Both the position numbers and the translations under genes were made by a program. Positions 20,415 to 30,694 of a stretch of 64,000 bases of DNA are shown here, piece by piece (within the stretch, counting starts at the first letter, position 1; every line of letters begins with the position of its first letter). The stretch comes from a bacterium (GTDB taxonomy: Bacteria; SAR324; XYD2-FULL-50-16; G965216635): NCBI GenBank assembly GCA_965216635.1, contig OZ244188.1, forward strand, positions 1,024,001 through 1,088,000. The letters are read 5' to 3'. The notes beneath the pieces are model-generated. The model had not been told where the DNA came from, searched no databases, and saw only the letters and a program-made list of their open reading frames with translations.

Positions 20415-20537
20415 GTGTTTCTTTTGAGAAATGGAAAAACAGTCTTTATTTTGATCTTTTGCTAAACTTGTATTTAAAGCAATAAGCCTGTTTTTCCGAA
20501 CTAGAACGCTAATTCAGAGGTCTCTTTCTTATTTTAA

Positions 20538-21260
20538 TCAACTCCTTCTACCACCTAAAATAATAAGCAGGTGAATAAATAATTGTAAGATATCTATATA
20601 AAGCGAAAGAGCTCCCGCTATGTATTCGTCTGTATTATATCTCCTTATGATATTGGAGGTATCGTAAAGTATAAATCCAGAGAATAAGAAAACTCCAATC
20701 CAAGCCATAAAGTATTGCAAATCAAAACTTTTGAAAAGAAATACATTCAACAGACCACCCACAATCATTAGAACAAGGCCTACCCATAAAATTCCTCCCA
20801 AAAAAGAAAAGTCTTTTTTAGAAATAAAAACATAAGCCGTTAAACCGCAAAAAGCAACACCAGTCAATAATGCCGCTTGAGCAGCTACTGGTTTATAAAC
20901 ATAGATTAGTGGAGATACCGTAATGCCCGACAAAATAGTAAAAGTAAAAAGCAGTATCAAACCTAATGTCGCTGCTTTTCTTTTCCAAAGACACAAAATA
21001 AGTACCCCTAATTCAGCAATATAGAAAACCCAATAGTTCTGAGACACTGTGATTAAAAAACCCTCGTTGCTCAGAGTATAAACAGAGGCTAATATTCCTG
21101 ACAGCAAACTCAAACCCAATAGGCCATAAACCTTTTTAATAAACGCCATCCTATCCGAAACTTCTGCCTGAACTACTGGGATAGCTAGGCTTTTTTTAGT
21201 CAATGTACTCATAATTTTTTTAGAAAAGTTAAGAATTGTTGCTTTAAAGCAACAATTCAT
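20538..21260 (-). CDS. Bax inhibitor-1/YccA family membrane protein
   Basis: FIKKVY, KKDFSFLG, FSGFILYDTSNI, ALSLY.D...LF. Confidence 0.92.
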   Translation of the reverse strand: MNCCFKATILNFSKKIMSTLTKKSLAIPVVQAEVSDRMAFIKKVYGLLGLSLLSGILASVYTLSNEGFLITVSQNYWVFYIAELGVLILCLWKRKAATLGLILLFTFTILSGITVSPLIYVYKPVAAQAALLTGVAFCGLTAYVFISKKDFSFLGGILWVGLVLMIVGGLLNVFLFKSFDLQYFMAWIGVFLFSGFILYDTSNIIRRYNTDEYIAGALSLYIDILQLFIHLLIILGGRRS

Positions 21261-21305
21261 TGGTTATAAAAACTATAGTTTAATATAAAAACAAATAATT
21301 AACAA

Positions 21306-22739
21306 CTATAAGTTGGTGCGAAAACTTAGCATATACCTTCCCAACTTAAAAGCCGTTCCATTCCTGATTCTTTTCTTTCTTATATTTCCTCCTCCAAGAC
21401 CTTCAAGGTTTCTTAAAGAAGAAGTATGGATTCTAACTCTTGTTTTAAATTTCTTGCCTTTTTTGATTAAAATCAGTTCGTCGTAGGTAGAGAGATTGGG
21501 TAAAACCAAAAAAGCATCTGGCCTAGCAGAAATAACATACTTACCCGGTAACAGATTGCTTAGTTCCATCTTGCTTTTTTCTGTTTTTCCAGTAGATTCC
21601 TCCAATCTAGAATTATCATACCAGTAAGTCAATTCTATAAGGGGTTTGAATAGTTGATACCTAATACACCTGTATAATATAAAAATTACTATGGCTAATC
21701 CAATAAACAAAAGCACAAAATAGACAATAGGTAATTGAGCGAACTTTTCAAAAAAGGTAAGGGCTATCACATTGACTTGTATATCTTTAGAAAACAATGG
21801 ACTCCCCGCATCCTGTGGTAGGGCTAAAGAAAATACAACATCATAGATTTTACCTGCTTCTGTTTCGGGAATAAAGTAGGGCACTACAAAACTATTGGCT
21901 CCTTCTTGCAATTGGACATTGAACTTTGCGCTACTTTCTAATTGGAAATTCTTTTTCTTTTTTTCATCAATCTGTTGTTTGAATATAGGATTGTCTGCTT
22001 CTGCTTTAAAAACAAATTTTTTGCCTGCTAATCTATCATTTGCTGAAATTTGCACTTTAAAAGACTCATTCTTACGGTCTGCAATAAATTTAAAATCTAG
22101 AGGAAGTTGTAACGCTACTCCTTTGAGTGTAAAATCATCGTCCAGTAAAGCCAAACTTTTCTGAACAATGAGGGGATTGTTAATATCTACAATTTTTACA
22201 CTAACTTGAGGAAATACCTGTTTGATAAGTGTTTCTTGTGCTGTATTTTCTGTTAAAGCACGGATGTAAAAAACACGTGCTGCGCCTTGGAATCTATCTA
22301 GATCAATAGGCGTTTTTGTTGGGGGGTCGTCTAACCCGTCGGATAAGATAAATATATGTCGTGCGTAAGATTCTTCTCTGCTAATCTCTTGCACTAATTT
22401 TTTTAGCATTGCAGCAGTAAAGGTCCACCCTCCAGAAGAACGATAGCTTTTTACTTTTTCAAATAGCCCTTCAATATCTTCTTGACTCCTGTCTACTCTT
22501 TTTAAAACTCTTGTACTGAAAGTAAGTATACTTACAATATCATCTGCTTTTTTTCGGCTCAACACTTCTTTGGCTATGGCTTGTATAGGCTCTACCATCT
22601 GGTTTTCAGCAACACTGCCACTGGTATCCAATAACAAGATGATGTGCTTGGGTTTTCCAGAATTTTGCGCTAGGGCTGGTAAAAATCCACCTAAAAATAA
22701 TACAAGGCAAAGTGATACGATAAATTTATTGAGTTTCAT
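21306..22739 (-). CDS. vWA-domain membrane protein
   Basis: Signal peptide, MIDAS DTSGS, LSDG.DD, one TM, cytoplasmic C-domain. Confidence 0.75.
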   Translation of the reverse strand: MKLNKFIVSLCLVLFLGGFLPALAQNSGKPKHIILLLDTSGSVAENQMVEPIQAIAKEVLSRKKADDIVSILTFSTRVLKRVDRSQEDIEGLFEKVKSYRSSGGWTFTAAMLKKLVQEISREESYARHIFILSDGLDDPPTKTPIDLDRFQGAARVFYIRALTENTAQETLIKQVFPQVSVKIVDINNPLIVQKSLALLDDDFTLKGVALQLPLDFKFIADRKNESFKVQISANDRLAGKKFVFKAEADNPIFKQQIDEKKKKNFQLESSAKFNVQLQEGANSFVVPYFIPETEAGKIYDVVFSLALPQDAGSPLFSKDIQVNVIALTFFEKFAQLPIVYFVLLFIGLAIVIFILYRCIRYQLFKPLIELTYWYDNSRLEESTGKTEKSKMELSNLLPGKYVISARPDAFLVLPNLSTYDELILIKKGKKFKTRVRIHTSSLRNLEGLGGGNIRKKRIRNGTAFKLGRYMLSFRTNL

Positions 22740-22894
22740 AGTTATTTAAATAGTTAATAGTTAATAGGAATAACACAAGGTTTAAGTTTTTTTACACTTT
22801 TTAAAAAATTTTTGCAAGTTTTTTTACACTTTTTAAAAAGTTTTTATAACTTTTTTTACACTTTTAAAAAAATTTTACACTTTTTAAAAAATTT

Positions 22895-24499
22895 TTACAA
22901 CTTTTTCTTATTTTTTTGTCTAAAATTCTCTTTATTTACAGAAATATATTTTTCAAAAAATTTTTGCAATGCTTTTTTTTGCTCTTCGTTCATATACTCA
23001 AAATTTATTCCCCTATCAGTTACTTCCCAAAATTTTTTGTTTTTCACTCCTAAAAGTTGATTTTTCAACCCTGTAATAGAATGATAGGTTTCTTGTTCTT
23101 CAAAAACTTGGACTATCTTCTGTATTAAATTGGTATCCGCCTTATGAGAAAACAGATAAGCCGCAAGAATCAACTGCGCTTTTCTGACTCCAGCCTTTGC
23201 TATAGGGTGGCTTTGGTTGCTAAAAACATCGTCAAAATTTAAAAACATTTCTAGCAATTTTTCAAAATTTTTTACTTTCCTTTCAAAAGGTTTCTTGAGC
23301 AGAAATCCAATATCATAAGCAGAAATCATCAATATAAACCAAATTCCACTATCATAAGCAATTTTACCGTAATATTTAAAGTAAAAAATAATCCTTTCTG
23401 CTAAATCTTCCTTGTGATTATCAAAAAGCGCTTCCGCTACTAGACGATATTGATAAAACAGATTGAAAATAACTCTTTGATTTTTTTCGTTTAAGGCAAG
23501 CCGCAAAAAAGTATTGAAATACTCTATTGTTAAATGAATGCTTTCTTCCTGCTTATTTATTATAGAGGCTACTCCTATTTTCCGTGTGTTGTAGGTTATA
23601 GCGCTGGTTGTATCCGCCATAGTGCGGAAAGAGGTTTTAAAAATCCCCTCCATATTCATAAAAATCATACTATCCAGCCAAATCTTTTTTTCTAAAATTT
23701 CATTATAGAATTCTTCTGATATATTGATGAAAAAATCAGCAGGAACTACAAACCAACTCGGGGGCAGTTCGGATTTAATACTTTGGTAGTTAATTAAAAG
23801 GTCGCGTAGTCTATTCACAGAGATTAGGGACATATTTCTATCTTCTTGGCTAGTGGAGTTTAACGCAGTATCCGAAAGTTGTTCTATAACATTTACCATT
23901 TCATTTTGTTTTTTTTCAATATAGGTTTGTTTAGATTTTTTGTGGACTTGACGAAATATTTTCACGGATTTTTTCTGTATTCCAGCCATAATGTTTTCTG
24001 GAGATAAAAAATTAAAAACATAACTAAAGTAGGGTAATAATAATCCTATTTGAATAGAGGTAGAAAAAACTGCAAAAAATGCAGCATAAATGGGAACAAA
24101 TTGATTCTTGATAGAATAAGTAATAAATATAGTAAAAAGGAGATTAAAAACCATAAAGAAAAAAAAGAGGCGATTCACATGATTTTCTAAAAACAAATCC
24201 GCTAGTTTAGGGGTATATTTTTGGGCTGCTAGCTGAACAACGATCGCGACCACTGTCAAAACTATACCTAAAATAGCAACATTCAATTCAATAAAATTAG
24301 AAATGGAGTTGTAGATATTGTGGGAATCTGTGAAGAAAGTTGCCTTAAAGCTAAAACCAGCAGAAAAAAGGCTCAATACCAAATAAATAAGATAACTCCC
24401 CAAAACCAATAAAATCAGCGGAAGTATCCAACCTTGGAATAAGTGTTTTATGAGACTCATTTGATTAGAGCCTTTCCATTTTTTTAGATTTTTTATCAT
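22895..24499 (-). CDS. DUF2254-like membrane protein
   Basis: VVQLAAQKYTP motif, 4 TM helices, helical C-domain. Confidence 0.6.
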   Translation of the reverse strand: MIKNLKKWKGSNQMSLIKHLFQGWILPLILLVLGSYLIYLVLSLFSAGFSFKATFFTDSHNIYNSISNFIELNVAILGIVLTVVAIVVQLAAQKYTPKLADLFLENHVNRLFFFFMVFNLLFTIFITYSIKNQFVPIYAAFFAVFSTSIQIGLLLPYFSYVFNFLSPENIMAGIQKKSVKIFRQVHKKSKQTYIEKKQNEMVNVIEQLSDTALNSTSQEDRNMSLISVNRLRDLLINYQSIKSELPPSWFVVPADFFINISEEFYNEILEKKIWLDSMIFMNMEGIFKTSFRTMADTTSAITYNTRKIGVASIINKQEESIHLTIEYFNTFLRLALNEKNQRVIFNLFYQYRLVAEALFDNHKEDLAERIIFYFKYYGKIAYDSGIWFILMISAYDIGFLLKKPFERKVKNFEKLLEMFLNFDDVFSNQSHPIAKAGVRKAQLILAAYLFSHKADTNLIQKIVQVFEEQETYHSITGLKNQLLGVKNKKFWEVTDRGINFEYMNEEQKKALQKFFEKYISVNKENFRQKNKKKL

Positions 24500-25059
24500 T
24501 TTTTAGTTCCTATTTTTTTCATCAAATTTTGCCTTTCCATTTCTTCGTGGACATATTTTTTAATTTTTTTATCATCAAATATTTCTGCCAATAGTCTTTG
24601 CCTTTTTCTAATATCTAGCAATCTTTGATCGACATGGGTTTGATGTTGGGTTGTTAAGTTTTCTGCTTGATCTTGGATTATCTGCTCTAATAGCTCATTT
24701 TCCATAATTAAAGAATACAAAATATCGCTCCTTTTTTTAGATTCTCCAAAATTTAAAAGCCCCATTCCTGATAGTTTTCTTCTGTAATCTTCTAATCTTT
24801 TTTCGTTTCTCTTGGAGTTATCCTCTAAATTTTGATTTTTCTGTAATAGAGAGTTTTTATCTTCGTCCCACATTTTTTTGTTTTCTCTTTGGAAGATATT
24901 TTTCTCTTTCTCTAGCTCTTTGAATTGTTTTTTTGCTTTTTTTCTAGTAAAACTAGAACCTAGTCCCCAACCTAGTCTCAAGGAAACTAACAATACTAGG
25001 ACAAAAAAACTATAAAAAACAGCCTTATTTTCTACTAATTTTATAATAAAGTCGTGCAT
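24496..25059 (-). CDS. Membrane-anchored coiled-coil hypothetical protein
   Basis: N-terminal TM followed by coiled coil. Confidence 0.55.
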   Translation of the reverse strand: MHDFIIKLVENKAVFYSFFVLVLLVSLRLGWGLGSSFTRKKAKKQFKELEKEKNIFQRENKKMWDEDKNSLLQKNQNLEDNSKRNEKRLEDYRRKLSGMGLLNFGESKKRSDILYSLIMENELLEQIIQDQAENLTTQHQTHVDQRLLDIRKRQRLLAEIFDDKKIKKYVHEEMERQNLMKKIGTKK

Positions 25060-25085
25060 AGTTAAGTGAATTTAAATAAAAAACA

Positions 25086-25249
25086 GAGACCTTTGCTAAA
25101 CATTCTAAGACTATTGAACTTTAGCATTATAGGAAAGCTAGACAAGGCGCGAAAATTTTTTACCCAAGAGGAATACTGAAGTATTTTGAGTGATAAAAAA
25201 TTTGAGCAACGCAGTATAGCTGAACTAGAATGTCTAATTCAATAGTCTC
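25086..25249. mobile_element. MITE copy
   Basis: GAGACCTTTGC / AGACTATTGAA...TTCAATAGTCTC. Confidence 0.7.
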
Positions 25250-25320
25250 ATTTTAGTTTGAAAATCTCGTGTTTTAGATTAAAAAAAGAGTACTACCCGA
25301 TTATATAAAAAATAGCAAAA

Positions 25321-26292
25321 ATGTTCAAACTTCACTCATATATTTTTAAATTTTTTTTCACCATTTTTTTAGCAGCGCTTTTTTCCATTATTACTCTAGT
25401 CGCTCTTTCTGATTTTATTTTTAATTATAAACCTTCCGTCCATAGTTTTAGCTGGTTAATAGAAAATATTATCCGCTCCAGTATTTTTTCTCTGGAACTC
25501 AGTATTCCTCTATCTTTTATAGCTGCTTTTTGTTTTTTTAGCATCAAATTTAGTAAAAGTTTTGAATTAAATGCTGCTAGAGTTTTAGGTATTAGTCGCC
25601 AGAAGTTAATCCGACCCATCTTTTATTTTAGTGTTTTTTGTGGATTTTTGCTTTATTGCAATCAAAGTTTTTTTGCTCCTCTATGGAATGCTGATCTACT
25701 AAAAAACTATTACAATTTCACTCAAAATTGGTTAATTAGTGGAGATAAAATTATCTACTCCAAAACCCAGCCACAAAAAGACATTTTTATTTTTTCTCAA
25801 AAAAAAAAAGAACTCAAAATAGAAAAATACAACAGCCAAAAACTAGAAAAAACCTATCTCATCCAAGGAGATTCTATTCAAAGCCATCCCAGTTCTCCAG
25901 AAACGCAAACAACAGTACCCCAATTCAATTTTAGCAACGAAAATAACTTTTTTTATTTGAATTTTTCAGAATTATCGCCCCTAGCTTTTGGTAAGCAAAA
26001 AAACCCTGTTTTCCAATATATTTTTTTTCAAAAAATAGCTGACATACTTTCTATTTTTTTTATTTTATTGATTTTATTAGGCAAGCAACCGCACCCTAGA
26101 AATCTCAATTTAGAATTAAATACTGTCACCCAAGCCTGTATTGCAGTTTTATTTTTATTTACAAATCAGCTAGGTTTTTTTATGTTTGAAGCAGGGGTAG
26201 CTAGTGCATTTTTTGCTGCTTTTGGTAATTATTTTTTTTGGACTATTTTTTTAATCGCTCGTAGTACGAGCTATCAACTTCGTCGCACATGA
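25321..26292 (+). CDS. LptF/LptG family permease
   Basis: 3+3 TM layout, EL.A.R.LGIS..KL.RP. Confidence 0.75.
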   Translation: MFKLHSYIFKFFFTIFLAALFSIITLVALSDFIFNYKPSVHSFSWLIENIIRSSIFSLELSIPLSFIAAFCFFSIKFSKSFELNAARVLGISRQKLIRPIFYFSVFCGFLLYCNQSFFAPLWNADLLKNYYNFTQNWLISGDKIIYSKTQPQKDIFIFSQKKKELKIEKYNSQKLEKTYLIQGDSIQSHPSSPETQTTVPQFNFSNENNFFYLNFSELSPLAFGKQKNPVFQYIFFQKIADILSIFFILLILLGKQPHPRNLNLELNTVTQACIAVLFLFTNQLGFFMFEAGVASAFFAAFGNYFFWTIFLIARSTSYQLRRT

Positions 26293-26714
26293 ACTTTAAA
26301 AAAACAAATTCTAGAATAGCAGCTATCAAAATATACTATCAAAAACAAAGACTAGGCAATTCTCAGCTAGGAGAGACAATTATAAACCAAAAAATGATAA
26401 AAAATCTCACTCAAGAAGAACAAACATACACACAAGAAATGCTTACTTTTCAACAAGAAAATAAAAACTATATAGACAAACTTATTCAAAAACACTTAAA
26501 ACACTGGAAACAAAATCGCCTACTCACAGTTATCAATAGTATTTTAAGTTTAGCCATTACAGAAAAATTGCTACACCCCAAACTTGCAAAAAATATTATT
26601 ATCAACGAATTTCTGGAAATTACTAGAACACTGAGCGAAGAAAAATCAGTCGCTTTTTGTAATGGAATTTTAAGTAGTGTATTTGCTGAAATAGAAACCA
26701 ATAGAAACCAATAG
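26289..26714 (+). CDS. nusB: Transcription antitermination factor NusB
   Basis: R..A....Y, ID.LI...L..W...RL, IINE..EI, F.NGIL. Confidence 0.88.
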   Translation: MNFKKTNSRIAAIKIYYQKQRLGNSQLGETIINQKMIKNLTQEEQTYTQEMLTFQQENKNYIDKLIQKHLKHWKQNRLLTVINSILSLAITEKLLHPKLAKNIIINEFLEITRTLSEEKSVAFCNGILSSVFAEIETNRNQ

Positions 26715-26770
26715 AAACCAATAGAAACCAATAGAAACCAATAGAAACCAATAGAAACCAATAGAAACCA
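26691..26770 (+). repeat. 10-bp tandem repeat x8 overlapping nusB stop
   Basis: (ATAGAAACCA)8. Confidence 0.95.
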
Positions 26771-26786
26771 ATAAAAAAAAATAAAA

Positions 26787-27551
26787 GTGGCTCTATCTTA
26801 TCTACTATCCATAGCCCCCATGGCAGGCTACACCAACAGCCAATACCGTCAGAAGCTGAGACTAATCACAAAAAAAACACTACTTTTCACTGAAATGGTA
26901 ACAAGTCACGCTATTCTTAGGGGAGACATGCATAGATTTTTGAATTTTCAGCAATGCGAAAAACCAGTAGTTTTTCAAATCGCCGGCAACGAACCACAAG
27001 CACTCACAGAATGCGCCAGCGCTATTGAAGATTACGGCTACGACGGCATCAACCTCAATATAGGCTGCCCTAGTCCCAAAGTACTAAAAGGAGATTTTGG
27101 AGTTTGTTTGATGGGAAAGCCAGAACTCGTTGCCGAATCTATCTATCAAATGAAAAAAAAAACTTCCCTTCCCATCAGCGTAAAAACAAGATTAGGTTTT
27201 GATAATAATGATTCCCCTGAATTTTTAGAAAAATTTATTCGCCACTGTGCAGCTGCAGGTTGCGGAGTTTTTTTTATTCACGCAAGAAAAGCTTTACTCA
27301 ACCTCAAACCACGCCAAAACAGAAGCATACCTCCTTTGCAATACGACAGTGCTAAAGAAGTAAAAAAAAAATTCCCCAAGTTAAAAATTATTATCAACGG
27401 AGGCATAACCTCTTTAGAACAAGCAAAAACTCTTTTACAAGATTTTGATGGAGCTATGATTGGAAGAACTGCTTGTAAAAACCCATCCCTATTCCAAACA
27501 GCCGATAGTTACTTTTTCCAAGAAAAAGACCCCTCACCAACCCAGCAATAA
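26787..27551 (+). CDS. dusA: tRNA-dihydrouridine synthase A, apparently C-terminally truncated
   Basis: APM.G.T, TEMV, INLN.GCPS..V..G.FG..LM, IHARKA.L....P..NR.IPPL.Y, INGGI; only 254 aa. Confidence 0.85.
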   Translation: MALSYLLSIAPMAGYTNSQYRQKLRLITKKTLLFTEMVTSHAILRGDMHRFLNFQQCEKPVVFQIAGNEPQALTECASAIEDYGYDGINLNIGCPSPKVLKGDFGVCLMGKPELVAESIYQMKKKTSLPISVKTRLGFDNNDSPEFLEKFIRHCAAAGCGVFFIHARKALLNLKPRQNRSIPPLQYDSAKEVKKKFPKLKIIINGGITSLEQAKTLLQDFDGAMIGRTACKNPSLFQTADSYFFQEKDPSPTQQ

Positions 27552-27616
27552 ACCTTTGAATATAAAAACTTATGGTGCAATCTTTACAGAAAGTTTTATT
27601 AAAGAACTTGGTGAAC

Positions 27617-27957
27617 TATAAAAATTTTAGACCTTTGAATTTCGCTGATGCTTATTTAACTATGGGGCTAAGCAAGGAGAGTTATAAAAATTTTAGACCT
27701 TTGAATTTCGCTGATGCTTATTTAACTATGGGGCTAAGCAAGGGAAGTTATAAAAATTTTAGACCTTTGAATTCCGCTGCTGCTTATTTAACTATGGGGA
27801 TAAGCAAGGGGAATTATAAAAATTTTAGACCTTTGAATTTCGCTGATGCTTATTTAACTATGGGGATAAGCAAGGGGAATTATAAAAATTTTAGACCTTT
27901 GAATTTCGCTGATGCTTATTTAACTATGGGGATAAGCAAGGGGAATTATAAAAATTT
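27617..27957. repeat. 66-bp tandem repeat x5 containing the MITE terminus
   Basis: AGACCTTTGAATT at 27629, 27695, 27761, 27827, 27893. Confidence 0.95.
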
Positions 27958-28467
27958 GATTAAAGCTAGAAGTAACCCCGATACTACTAAATAAGTTACT
28001 GTTATCCACTTAATCAAACTATTTTTGTTTTTTTCTGCTTCTGTGCGAAGTTTTTCTATTTTCAGGTTGGTAGTGTTTTGATTTTCCGATATAATTGTTT
28101 CTAGGTCTCTTTTAATGACTAACTCCAAAATCTTTAAATCTTTTTTTGTAGCCTCTTTAATGCCTAATTCCAAAATCTTTAAATCTTTTTTTGTAGCCTC
28201 TTTAATGACTAACTCCAAAATCTTTAAATCTTTTTTTGTAGCCTCTTTAATGCCTAACTCCAAAATCTTTAAATCTTTTTTTGTAGCTGCATCATTGGGA
28301 TTGTTTAAATCTAGAGTATTCTCAGTCGCAAAATCTAAAGTATGAATAAACTTTTTCTCAAAAATTTCTGTAATCTCCTCTGCTTTTTTTTGATTCGCAC
28401 CTAGACTGAGGAAAAAATCCATTATTTTAGCATAGGTTTCTGTGTGCTTTTTATTTGAAGATAACAT
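27946..28467 (-). CDS. DUF1640/CCDC90-like membrane-anchored coiled-coil protein
   Basis: ATKKDL neck motif in 14-aa repeats, C-terminal IKW + TM. Confidence 0.7.
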   Translation of the reverse strand: MLSSNKKHTETYAKIMDFFLSLGANQKKAEEITEIFEKKFIHTLDFATENTLDLNNPNDAATKKDLKILELGIKEATKKDLKILELVIKEATKKDLKILELGIKEATKKDLKILELVIKRDLETIISENQNTTNLKIEKLRTEAEKNKNSLIKWITVTYLVVSGLLLALIKFL

Positions 28468-28609
28468 TCTATTTTATAGACAAAGTAGTAATACTATGAA
28501 ATTAAAGAAAATCTATTCCTTTTTTCTTATAAAGTCAATTTCTAAAGATGCTACCCTGATTTTTGAAAAAATGAGACCTTAAAAGTTAAAAAACACATAT
28601 TCGCATCGT

Positions 28610-28638
28610 TTCACTTTTTCTTGACTGGGTGTTATAAT
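28610..28638 (+). promoter_or_regulatory. Sigma70 promoter of mod operon
   Basis: TTCACT-17-TATAAT with extended TGn; near-identical copy at 37177-37204. Confidence 0.6.
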
Positions 28639-28666
28639 AAAAACATTCTTAAACTAAAAAAATCAA

Positions 28667-30694
28667 ATGAAAAAACAACCCCCAGTAGAACCAATAGTAA
28701 AACCCCCAGTAGAACCAATAGTAGAACCCCCAGTAAAGCCAATAGTAGAGCCAATAATAAAGCAAAAGAGCAAACAGGATAAGCTAATAGAAGTCTTTCA
28801 AAAACACTTTCCGCAAGCATTGCAAGAAACCGAAAACGGTTATTTGGTAGATAAAGAGCAGCTGCAAAGAGCATTAGAGCCAAAAAACTGCAAAGTAACA
28901 GACGAGGCATTGGAGTTACGCTGGGTAGGAAAAAAAGAGGCTTACCATTCTGGTTATAGTCTTGGCGCTAAAATAATCCAGCCCCTAAAAAACCAAAGCA
29001 AAGATTTTGAAAACACGGGCAATGTTTTAATCAAAGGAGATAATTTAGACGCCTTAAAACTGCTACAAAATAATTATTTTGAGCGAGTGAAAATGATCTA
29101 TATTGACCCACCCTACAATACCCAAAACGACGGTTTTATCTACCGCGATAATTTTAGCCAAACCCAAGAGCAAATTTTGGAAGAGCTAGGCTACAGCAAA
29201 GAGGACAAAGAATACATCAAAAACATAGCGGGAGCAAAAACCCATAGCGGTTGGCTCAGTTTTATCTATCCGCGTCTGCTTTTGGCAAGAGAGTTACTTC
29301 GGGACGATGGAGTGATTTTTATTAGCATAGACGACAACGAGCAAGCAAACCTAAAACTACTCTGCGACGAAGTTTTTGGAGAAATGAATTTTGTTGCTTT
29401 AATTATTGTAAAGTCAAACCCTGGAGGTAGAGATTATGGCGGAATAGCTGTTACTCACGAATATGTTCTTGTTTATAGAAAAACTGATATTACAGAATTA
29501 AATTTGATTGAAGATAAGAATAAAAAATTTGATTTTCAAGACAATATAAGTCCTTTTGTTGTTAGAGAATTAAGAAATCGGAATGTCAAATTCAATATAG
29601 ATAACAGACCAAATTTACATTATCCATTTTATGTAAATCTCAATAAACAGGACAAGAACGGATTATTTGAAATTTCATTAGAAAAACAAAAAGATTGGGT
29701 AGAAGTATTCCCTTTAGAATCTCAAGGAATTAAAACTGTTTGGAGATGGGGTAAAGAAAAAGTATTAAAAAATATTAATATAGAAGTTAAAGCAAAAAAG
29801 AAACAAGATGGAAAATTTCAAATTGTAGAAAAATATAGAAGCAATTTTAAAAGAGAAAGGTCTATTTTTGATGAAAAAAATGTTAGAAATGAAGCGGGTA
29901 CTTTATCTATAAAAGAGATTTTTGTAGAAAAAAACCCTTTTGGCTACCCTAAAAGTATTTTTTTGATTCAAAGATTGATAAATCTAGGTGCTGATAAAAA
30001 CGATATTATCCTAGATTTTTTTGCTGGTAGCGGAACGACTGGAGACGCAGTGATGCGGCTCAACGCCGAAGACGGAGGCAATCGCAGGTTTGTTTTAGTG
30101 CAACAAGCAGAAGCCATAGACAAAAAGAAAAATAAAGAAGCTTATGAATTTGTGCAAAACGAACTCAAAAAAGAGCCGACTATTTTTGAAATTGCAGCCG
30201 AAAGACTCCGCAGAGCTGGAGCTAAAATTGAAAAAGAACAAAAAGAAAAACCACCAGAACTACAACAAAACAACCCCCAAAAACTAGATACAGGTTTTAG
30301 AATATTTGAACTAACAGAAGACAGCAAAAATAAAATTTACCCCGTAAAAAAATCCACACAAACCCAACTAATAGGTAATTTGCCGAAAAATACTATCTGT
30401 AGCGATGAGACAATACTTTACAATATGCTACTAGGAGCTGGCTTTTCCTTAGACCAGAAAATAAATTGCCTCATCAAAGACGCCTGCTACCTAGTCAAAG
30501 AGCATCTTTTTATTTTGCAAGAATTTGACTTGGATAAAAAGAACGAAAAAAGCAAAAAAAACGAAGCCATCCTTGAAAAAGCTGAAGCAGAATACGCCCA
30601 CATTTACAACTGCAATATTACCGACGACGAATTTACCTACAACCTCACAAAATTCATCAAAAGAGAAAAAATCACACTAAAAGAGCCCCTATGA
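28667..30694 (+). CDS. mod: Type III R-M adenine methyltransferase (Mod)
   Basis: GDNL.ALK.L, IYIDPPYN, H..WL.F...RL, ILDFFAGSGTT. Confidence 0.93.
   Translation: MKKQPPVEPIVKPPVEPIVEPPVKPIVEPIIKQKSKQDKLIEVFQKHFPQALQETENGYLVDKEQLQRALEPKNCKVTDEALELRWVGKKEAYHSGYSLGAKIIQPLKNQSKDFENTGNVLIKGDNLDALKLLQNNYFERVKMIYIDPPYNTQNDGFIYRDNFSQTQEQILEELGYSKEDKEYIKNIAGAKTHSGWLSFIYPRLLLARELLRDDGVIFISIDDNEQANLKLLCDEVFGEMNFVALIIVKSNPGGRDYGGIAVTHEYVLVYRKTDITELNLIEDKNKKFDFQDNISPFVVRELRNRNVKFNIDNRPNLHYPFYVNLNKQDKNGLFEISLEKQKDWVEVFPLESQGIKTVWRWGKEKVLKNINIEVKAKKKQDGKFQIVEKYRSNFKRERSIFDEKNVRNEAGTLSIKEIFVEKNPFGYPKSIFLIQRLINLGADKNDIILDFFAGSGTTGDAVMRLNAEDGGNRRFVLVQQAEAIDKKKNKEAYEFVQNELKKEPTIFEIAAERLRRAGAKIEKEQKEKPPELQQNNPQKLDTGFRIFELTEDSKNKIYPVKKSTQTQLIGNLPKNTICSDETILYNMLLGAGFSLDQKINCLIKDACYLVKEHLFILQEFDLDKKNEKSKKNEAILEKAEAEYAHIYNCNITDDEFTYNLTKFIKREKITLKEPL

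Noticed and set aside
27572..27994. 140-aa ORF or CRISPR in the 66-bp array
   Set aside because: The ORF is a by-product of a 66-bp unit without stops, and there are no unique spacers.
28667..28760. Classical phase-variable mod (phasevarion) repeat tract
   Set aside because: The repeat unit is 24 bp and in frame, so it cannot cause frameshift switching.
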